A DNA stretch of 64,000 nucleotides from an uncultured Gemmatimonadales bacterium (GTDB lineage: Bacteria; Gemmatimonadota; Gemmatimonadetes; Gemmatimonadales; GWC2-71-9), in assembly GCA_963798915.1 (NCBI GenBank), contig CAWCVB010000006.1, forward strand, positions 224,001 to 288,000, given 5' to 3'. This document shows positions 58,304 through 64,000 of this stretch, in pieces. The notes under the pieces were generated by a model. The model ran no database searches, had not been told where the DNA came from, and saw only the letters and a program-made list of their open reading frames with translations. Numbering within the stretch: position 1 is the stretch's first letter; every line of letters starts with the position of its first letter. The translations under genes were made by a program, and so were the position numbers.

Positions 58304-59751
58304 GCCCCGGTGAACTCCCGCACGATCTCGCGCTCGTCGAACGGTAGCTTGTCGGTGCCAATCACTTGATACGTCTCGTGACCCTTGCCGGCCAGCAGCA
58401 CCGTATCCCCGGGGCGGGCGACGGCGAGCGCCTCGCGAATCGCCTCGCGCCGATCGACCATCTGCCGCCTCGGCACGTTACCCATGCCGGCCACGATCTC
58501 GTTGAGAATCTGTTCCGGATCTTCCGTGCGCGGGTTGTCACTCGTGACGATCGCCAGGTCGGAACGCTCAGCCGCAATCCGGCCCATCATCGGTCGCTTG
58601 CCCGGGTCCCGGTCGCCACCGCAGCCGAATACCACGATCAGGCGGCCGGTCGTGAGGGGGCGCAGCGTGTCCAGCGCACGCTCGAGGGAGTCAGGCGTGT
58701 GTGAATAGTCGCGCAGTACCACGGCGGGTGCGTCACTGATCCGCTCCATCCGGCCGGGAACCTGTGGCGCCGTATCCAGCCGCGCGGCGACCGCGCGGAG
58801 GGGGAGGCCGAGCGCCAATGCGCAGGCCGCGGCGCCGAGAGCATTGGACAGATTGAAGTCCCCCAGCAGGGGCAGGTTGACATCCGCGCTGCCAAAGACC
58901 CCCTCGAGGCGAAAACGGCATCCGCCGGCATCAAGAGAAATGCCTGTGGCATGCACATCCCCCGCTGCGTGGCGCCCGAACGTGATCCGGCGTACGTCAC
59001 GCCGCATGGAGCGCCACGCCGTATCCTCGGCGTTGATCACTGCGACGCCGTCATTGGTCAGGAGGGTCGCCAGCCGCAACTTGGACGCGAGGTACGCTTC
59101 CATCGTCCCATGGTAGTCGAGATGGTCGCGAGTAAGGTTGGTGAAGACACCGGCACGAAAGGCCAGCCCGTCGAGGCGCCCCTGCTGAAGCGCATGGCTC
59201 GAGGCCTCCATGGCAACGCTGCGGCATCCGCGGTCGCGCAGCACAGCCAGCGTTGCCTGTATGTCGACAGGCCCGGGGGTAGTGAGAGAGCCAGCGGTGG
59301 ATTCCACGGAGTTGCCCTCGCCGTCAAACGCTCCCAGCGTCCCGATGCTGCCGGCTGCGCCGGCCTGGTCCAGCAAGTGACGCAGCAGGCTGACCGTCGT
59401 GGTCTTGCCGTTGGTCCCGGTGACGCCGATCAACGTCAACGCATCGCCTGGATTGCCGTACCAGGTGCGCGCCAGCGCCTGTGCCGCCAGCCGACCGCTG
59501 GTGACAATGATCTCGGGTACGCCGCTCCCGCTGGGACGCTCCGCTACCACCAAGACAGCGCCCCGTGTCACAGCGTCCGTGATAAAATCATGGCCATCCG
59601 CCTGGCTCCCCTGCACGGCGAGGTAGGCGTAGCCGGGATGTACAGTTCGCGAATCTGCCGACAGGCCGCTGATGGCGGGCAGAGCCGCGGGCATCTGCAG
59701 CAGCAGGCCGTCGCGCGCGAGAGCGTCCACGAGCAGGGAAAATTCCTTCAT
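58300..59751 (-). CDS. murE: UDP-MurNAc-dipeptide--meso-DAP ligase
   Basis: VTGTNGKTT, MEASSH, FTNLTRDHLDYH, DNPR (DAP-specific motif), AGKGHE. Confidence 0.97.
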   Translation of the reverse strand: MKEFSLLVDALARDGLLLQMPAALPAISGLSADSRTVHPGYAYLAVQGSQADGHDFITDAVTRGAVLVVAERPSGSGVPEIIVTSGRLAAQALARTWYGNPGDALTLIGVTGTNGKTTTVSLLRHLLDQAGAAGSIGTLGAFDGEGNSVESTAGSLTTPGPVDIQATLAVLRDRGCRSVAMEASSHALQQGRLDGLAFRAGVFTNLTRDHLDYHGTMEAYLASKLRLATLLTNDGVAVINAEDTAWRSMRRDVRRITFGRHAAGDVHATGISLDAGGCRFRLEGVFGSADVNLPLLGDFNLSNALGAAACALALGLPLRAVAARLDTAPQVPGRMERISDAPAVVLRDYSHTPDSLERALDTLRPLTTGRLIVVFGCGGDRDPGKRPMMGRIAAERSDLAIVTSDNPRTEDPEQILNEIVAGMGNVPRRQMVDRREAIREALAVARPGDTVLLAGKGHETYQVIGTDKLPFDEREIVREFTGA

Positions 59752-61739
59752 GGAGTGCGTGTCACCTGGCCTGACGTGTGAAGAGTGACGGTGGCTCCGC
59801 GCAGGAGGCTGCTTCCGTCCGCCGGCTCGGTGCTGGTCACACGTCCCGGCCCGTCGGCCAGCCGAACGCGCAGGCCCGCCTTGAACATGAGCACAGCAGC
59901 GGCGCGTGTGTCGCGGCCTACCACGTCCGGAACGCGGGCCGTGTCCGGTGCGCTGGTTGGCTGTGCCTGGGCCGGCCACCGGGCTCGCACCATTGGCGCC
60001 TCCGGTGCTTGCGCCGAAGCTTGTTCGAACGGCGACGGCGACGATGGTGTCGAGGGCGACGCCAGTTCAGTGGTCCGCAGCGCGCGATTCTGGGAGGCCA
60101 GCGCCTCCTCGAGCATCGCGCGCGTCAGCGGAGCGGCAGTCTGCGCCGCGTAATACGCGACCCTGGGACGATCGATCTTCACCACGGCGACGATCTGCGG
60201 ATGGTCCGCCGGCCAGATCGCCGCAAACGAAGCCACGTACTGCCCTGCCCCGTAGCTCCCGTCGACCGCGATCTTGGCCGTCCCGGTCTTGCCGACCAGT
60301 TCGTAGTTCTGGATCTGGCCGCGTTCTCCGGTGCCACCGGCGCCGACTGCGCCCTTGAGATATCTTCGCAGCACGGCAGCAATCTCCTCCGGAAGCACCC
60401 GCCGCACTGGTTCCGGTGCGTGGCGGTACAGGACAGCGCCGTCAGGCGCGCGCACTTCCTTGACGAGGGTTGGAGCGTACAGTACGCCGCCGTTGGCGAT
60501 CACAGCATATGCGGCGGCAAGCTGGATGGCGGTTACCGACAGGTTGTAGCCTCGAGACAAGCTCTCCAGCGTGTAGTCCCTTGTCCATTCCGGCGGCTCT
60601 GGGCGCGGCAGTTGACCACGCGACTCGCCCGGGAAACCTACGCCGGTGTAGGAGCCAAAGCCGAACGCCCGAAGGGTTTCGTAGAGCTGCTCATTGGTCA
60701 GCCGTCGGGCAAACTTCGCCATCGCAATGTTGCTTGAGACTTCAATCGCCTGGGCCAGCGTCAGTCCGCCGTGCGTCTTATGGTCGTCACGAATGTGGTA
60801 CGGCCGGCCGTAGGTAGTCGGCACCAGCCAGTCACCATCTTCTCCACTCACGGTATCGCTGCTGTCCACCGCGTGATGCAGCAGGAGCGCGGCCGCGGTA
60901 AACAGCTTGGCGGTGGATCCCGGCTCGTAGGGCGTGGCAAAGGCGGAGGCGCTCGATTGCTCCCCGCTCACCCGCGATGCCACCGCCAGCAGTTCGCCGG
61001 TGGACGGGTCGAGGAACACCACATCGCCACTGCTGGCCTCAAGGGAGTCGAGCGCCGCGTCCAGCCCGCGCTCGGCAATTTCCTGCAGCCTGGCGTCGAG
61101 CGTGAGCACCACGCTGTTGCCCGCCACGGGAGCTCGCACCAGGCGTGACGGGGAGTCAAAGCGCCTGCCAAGATGATCCCGGAGCTGCACGGTTTCGCCA
61201 GGGATTCCGGTCAGGAGCGAATCCAGGGCGCCCTCCAGGCCGCTGGCGCCAACCGCGGTATCGGGCTCCAGCGTTCCGAGGGTCCGATCCGCCAGGTCCC
61301 CCATGGGATGAACGCGACGCAGGAACGACTCGAGGTGTACGCCGTCCAACGAACGAATCGACTGGACGTCCAGTGCGGTATAGGGACCGAAGAAGTACAC
61401 CGAACGGGCGCCGGAGCCGAGACGGCTGCCAATCTCGCGGCTGTCCTCATGCAGCGCCCGCCCGACGATCCGCGCCAGGGCGGCACGGTCCGTCACTTGC
61501 TCCGGCGCCAGGGAGACGTGATACACCTCCTGCGTCTCGGCCAGCGGTAGCATGCCACGGTCGTACAGCGCGCCCCGCCGTGCGGGCAGCGGCTCGGTCA
61601 CGGTGCGCCCGCGCTCGGCGCGCTCGGCATACTCGCCGCCCCGCACCAGCTGAAGCTGCGCTGCCCGGGCCACCACGGCCAGGATCCCCGCTGACAGGCA
61701 GAAGCGGATGAAGCCGAGGCGCGCCGCCGCCTTGGACAC
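59748..61739 (-). CDS. ftsI: Class B penicillin-binding protein FtsI (PBP3) with C-terminal PASTA domain
   Basis: RGALYDR, PGSTAK (SxxK), SSN, GKTGTA; VPDVVG PASTA start. Confidence 0.93.
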   Translation of the reverse strand: MSKAAARLGFIRFCLSAGILAVVARAAQLQLVRGGEYAERAERGRTVTEPLPARRGALYDRGMLPLAETQEVYHVSLAPEQVTDRAALARIVGRALHEDSREIGSRLGSGARSVYFFGPYTALDVQSIRSLDGVHLESFLRRVHPMGDLADRTLGTLEPDTAVGASGLEGALDSLLTGIPGETVQLRDHLGRRFDSPSRLVRAPVAGNSVVLTLDARLQEIAERGLDAALDSLEASSGDVVFLDPSTGELLAVASRVSGEQSSASAFATPYEPGSTAKLFTAAALLLHHAVDSSDTVSGEDGDWLVPTTYGRPYHIRDDHKTHGGLTLAQAIEVSSNIAMAKFARRLTNEQLYETLRAFGFGSYTGVGFPGESRGQLPRPEPPEWTRDYTLESLSRGYNLSVTAIQLAAAYAVIANGGVLYAPTLVKEVRAPDGAVLYRHAPEPVRRVLPEEIAAVLRRYLKGAVGAGGTGERGQIQNYELVGKTGTAKIAVDGSYGAGQYVASFAAIWPADHPQIVAVVKIDRPRVAYYAAQTAAPLTRAMLEEALASQNRALRTTELASPSTPSSPSPFEQASAQAPEAPMVRARWPAQAQPTSAPDTARVPDVVGRDTRAAAVLMFKAGLRVRLADGPGRVTSTEPADGSSLLRGATVTLHTSGQVTRTP

Positions 61740-62024
61740 TCAGTGCTCCTCGGCGGGTATGGGGAAAATGACGATTTCACCGCCGCTGGCCACGCGCATG
61801 CCCATGGCTGTGGCCTTCCGCCCGATCACCTCACGGCTGGACTCATGCTGGATGGCGCGAGTGAGCTCCGCCATTTCAGCCTCCAGCACCCGGCGCCGCT
61901 CGCGGACCTCCCGCAGCTGGCCTGCCACCAGGTGCGCTCGCGTCTGGCGGGCGATGACCATGGTGGCCACGCCCAGGAAGGCGATGAGCCAGAGGATGAG
62001 CCAGTGCCTCCCCCTAAGCTTCAT
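61740..62024 (-). CDS. ftsL: Cell division protein FtsL-like
   Basis: 94 aa, single TM plus coiled coil, KATAMGM; between rsmH and ftsI. Confidence 0.75.
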   Translation of the reverse strand: MKLRGRHWLILWLIAFLGVATMVIARQTRAHLVAGQLREVRERRRVLEAEMAELTRAIQHESSREVIGRKATAMGMRVASGGEIVIFPIPAEEH

Positions 62025-62925
62025 GAGCTTTCCGGAATACGCGGAGGCGGGCGCTTCGCGCCCGCGGATTTTCCGCGATTTCAGCGTCGTCGGCCATGAT
62101 GGCTTTGTGCGGTTCGGTGTGGCCGGACGGCCGGCGTCCGCAGGTGCAGACCGGCTGCCGGGGAGGACAGATGCAGCCGCGCTCCCACTCCCGGAACGCG
62201 CGCTTGACCAGTCGGTCCTCGCCGGAATGATAGCTGATCACCGCGAGCCCGCCTCCCGGCACGAGCGATTCCAGGAAACGGGGCAGCGCCGCGCCCAATC
62301 CCGCAAGCTCGTCGTTGGTGGCAATGCGAACTGCCTGGAAAAGCCGGGCAAAATCGCCCGGACCTGCGCGCGCCCCGAGCACCGCGCGAATGGCGTTCAC
62401 CAGATCATCGCTGGTGCTGAAGATCTGTCGTTCACGCCGGCGCACGATCTCGCGCGCGAGGGCGCGGGCGCGGCGCTCGTCCCCGAACTCCCGGAACCAG
62501 TGCTCGAGCTCCACTGGCTCAGCACGCTGCAGGAGTTCGCCGGCCGAAGGACCGCCCGGGCCCATTCGCATGTCCAGCCTGGCGCCAGGCCGAAAGCTGA
62601 AGCCGCGGGCATCCTCATCAAGTTGCCGGGACGAGACGCCCAGATCGAGCAGGATGAAGTCGGGGCGAAACCGGCGGACCGCCTCCAGCGCTTCGGCAGC
62701 AGCGTATGCAGCGGTGAGGTACGACATTCCCGTGGCGCCGAGCCGCTCGCGGGCCCGCGCGATGGCAGCGGGGTCCCGGTCGATGCCCAGCACCTCAGCT
62801 CCCCGGCCGAGGAATGCCGCCGCGTGGCCGCCGTCGCCGAGGGTGCCATCGACGATTCGGTGGGCCTCGCCGGCAGCGGCAAGGACGGCGTCCAGCAGCA
62901 CGGGTGTATGATAGGCGAAGGACAT
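62014..62925 (-). CDS. rsmH: 16S rRNA m4C1402 methyltransferase
   Basis: HTPVLL, DGTLGDGGH, DLGVSS, LDMRM, ISYHSGEDR, NPRARSARLR. Confidence 0.97.
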   Translation of the reverse strand: MSFAYHTPVLLDAVLAAAGEAHRIVDGTLGDGGHAAAFLGRGAEVLGIDRDPAAIARARERLGATGMSYLTAAYAAAEALEAVRRFRPDFILLDLGVSSRQLDEDARGFSFRPGARLDMRMGPGGPSAGELLQRAEPVELEHWFREFGDERRARALAREIVRRRERQIFSTSDDLVNAIRAVLGARAGPGDFARLFQAVRIATNDELAGLGAALPRFLESLVPGGGLAVISYHSGEDRLVKRAFREWERGCICPPRQPVCTCGRRPSGHTEPHKAIMADDAEIAENPRARSARLRVFRKAHEA

Positions 62926-62938
62926 GGGTCTGGGATCC

Positions 62939-62979
62939 AAAAACAACACCCCGTTCTCTCTGATGGGAACGGGGTGTTG
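62939..62979 (-). terminator. Intrinsic terminator downstream of tRNA-Asp
   Basis: 13-bp perfect stem CAACACCCCGTTC/GAACGGGGTGTTG followed by TTTTT. Confidence 0.8.
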
Positions 62980-62995
62980 CGCTCACCAGCGCGAG

Positions 62996-63070
62996 CGGGG
63001 CTGACGGGGCTCGAACCCGCGACCTCCGCAGTGACAGTGCGGCACTCTAACCAAGCTGAGCTACAGCCCC
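62996..63070 (-). tRNA. tRNA-Asp (GTC), CCA not encoded
   Basis: GGGGCTG/CAGCCCC acceptor stem, TAGCTCAG D-arm, CCGCA-CTGTCAC-TGCGG anticodon arm, GTTCGAG T-loop, G discriminator. Confidence 0.97.
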
Positions 63071-63086
63071 CGGTGCAGAGCGCCGC

Positions 63087-63092
63087 AATGTA
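63087..63092 (-). promoter_or_regulatory. -10 element (TACATT) for tRNA-Asp
   Basis: TANNNT 16 nt upstream of the mature tRNA 5' end. Confidence 0.5.
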
Positions 63093-63125
63093 ACCGGCCA
63101 GCCGGGGCGGCGGTAGGCCCGCTGC

Positions 63126-64000
63126 TTACTTGCAGTACGCCTTGATCATGCCCCGGGTGCGGTCACGATACTGACTAACGTTGTCAAGCAGCTTCGAAGC
63201 CTCCTCGGGGCGGAACGACTTTCCTTTCTCGAGCGCGGGCGCTGCCTCCACGAGCAGGCTATCCATCTTCTGCGCGCCTTGGCACGACTTGGCTGACTCA
63301 GTTGCCTTGTCCATGGCGCTCGTGAGCTGGAGGTCGGACAGGCCCAGCAGGTAATTCATGGTGCCCACGAATGAAGCGTTGGGCGCAAGGACGACCGCCT
63401 GGCGGAGCATGATGGCCGCCGTGTCATATCGCGCCGGGGTAGCCTGCAACAGCGGGACCGCCCCATTGACCAGGAGCCCCGCGGCCTGCGCCTTGGAGTT
63501 GTCGTCTCCGTGCTGCTCCACAAAGCTGAAGAACTCGGCCGCGTCGGGATAGCGGTTTGCTTTCATCAGCGCCTGCGCCGCCGCCAGGGCTGGGGTGACG
63601 TCGCTGCTGTCGGCCGCAAGGATCTTGCGCGTCACGATCAGACTGCTGTCGACCTGGCCCTGGATCGAGTACGCCTTATTGACGTTCTTCAGGAGCGTCA
63701 GGTTCTGGGGGAAGCGGCTGGCGCCGATCCGGGCCCACTTCACGAAGACCGCTGTATCAGCCGCGGTGGCCAGCTCCGGTGGAGTCGTGTCCGACAGTTG
63801 CTGCTCGGCCGCCACCTGGACCTTGGCGAAGAACAGCGTGTCGGCCCGGGTGGAGTCGGTCGCGTAGGCCTGCTCAAGCGCCTGCACTGCGCACCGGAAA
63901 TCGGAGGCGAAGAGGCATGCATTGCTCTTCAGGTCCCAGAGGTCCCAGTTAGTCGGATCGAGCTTGAGGCCTTCGTCCGCGACCTCGATGGCAGCCTGGG
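63126..64000 (-). CDS. Tetratricopeptide-repeat protein, 5' part outside window
   Basis: Frame open to the window edge; TPR-like units (GLKLDPTNWDLW, AVVLAPNA, YLLG). Confidence 0.75.
   Translation of the reverse strand, partial: QAAIEVADEGLKLDPTNWDLWDLKSNACLFASDFRCAVQALEQAYATDSTRADTLFFAKVQVAAEQQLSDTTPPELATAADTAVFVKWARIGASRFPQNLTLLKNVNKAYSIQGQVDSSLIVTRKILAADSSDVTPALAAAQALMKANRYPDAAEFFSFVEQHGDDNSKAQAAGLLVNGAVPLLQATPARYDTAAIMLRQAVVLAPNASFVGTMNYLLGLSDLQLTSAMDKATESAKSCQGAQKMDSLLVEAAPALEKGKSFRPEEASKLLDNVSQYRDRTRGMIKAYCK

Noticed and set aside
62996..63070. tRNA-Asp as an island or prophage integration site
   Set aside because: No integrase, no duplicated tRNA 3' end, and flanks are core genes.
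699..63093. Long plus-strand ORFs (e.g. 699-2849, 18392-20233, 47054-48961, 47926-50136, 61708-63093)
   Set aside because: Antisense shadows of well-supported minus-strand genes, expected in high-GC DNA; no motifs.
63931..63948. Tandem AGGTCCCAG duplication
   Set aside because: Two copies only, encoding WDLWDL within the TPR gene.
1..64000. CRISPR arrays, IS elements, toxin-antitoxin or defence loci
   Set aside because: No regularly spaced repeats, transposases or such motifs seen; MazG here is the tandem-domain housekeeping type.

Overview
High-GC bacterial core-genome window. Gene content and order suggest Gemmatimonadota or a related FCB-group diderm (inference, no database search). About 60 tightly packed genes, nearly all on the minus strand. 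Read in transcription direction (right to left): partial TPR protein, tRNA-Asp(GTC), a dcw cluster lacking mraZ/murB/ddl (rsmH to ftsZ) with a coupled M23 peptidase, vWA protein, ftsY, recG (frameshifted), asnS, alr-deoB-cdd, lipoprotein plus outer-membrane barrel, miaB-comFB-comEC-fbp-methylmalonyl-CoA mutase, FmdB-argS-PfkB kinase-purM, rib operon-nusB-GT4-hpf-hprK-complete mannose-family PTS, metK, DUF151 nuclease, a cobalamin riboswitch with btuFCDB, recO-selB, a stand-alone Por-tail/FlgD-Ig protein and the start of clpB. Only mazG (frameshifted) and a beta-propeller/small exported protein pair are on the plus strand. I found no mobile element, CRISPR array or defence system, so this is mostly housekeeping DNA. 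The best leads are ComFB directly upstream of ComEC, a secretion-tail domain with no cargo, an apparently P2-less B12 riboswitch, a complete Man-PTS with HprK in a diderm, and a terminator immediately before the mraZ-less dcw operon. Start codons were refined by eye and some are uncertain.
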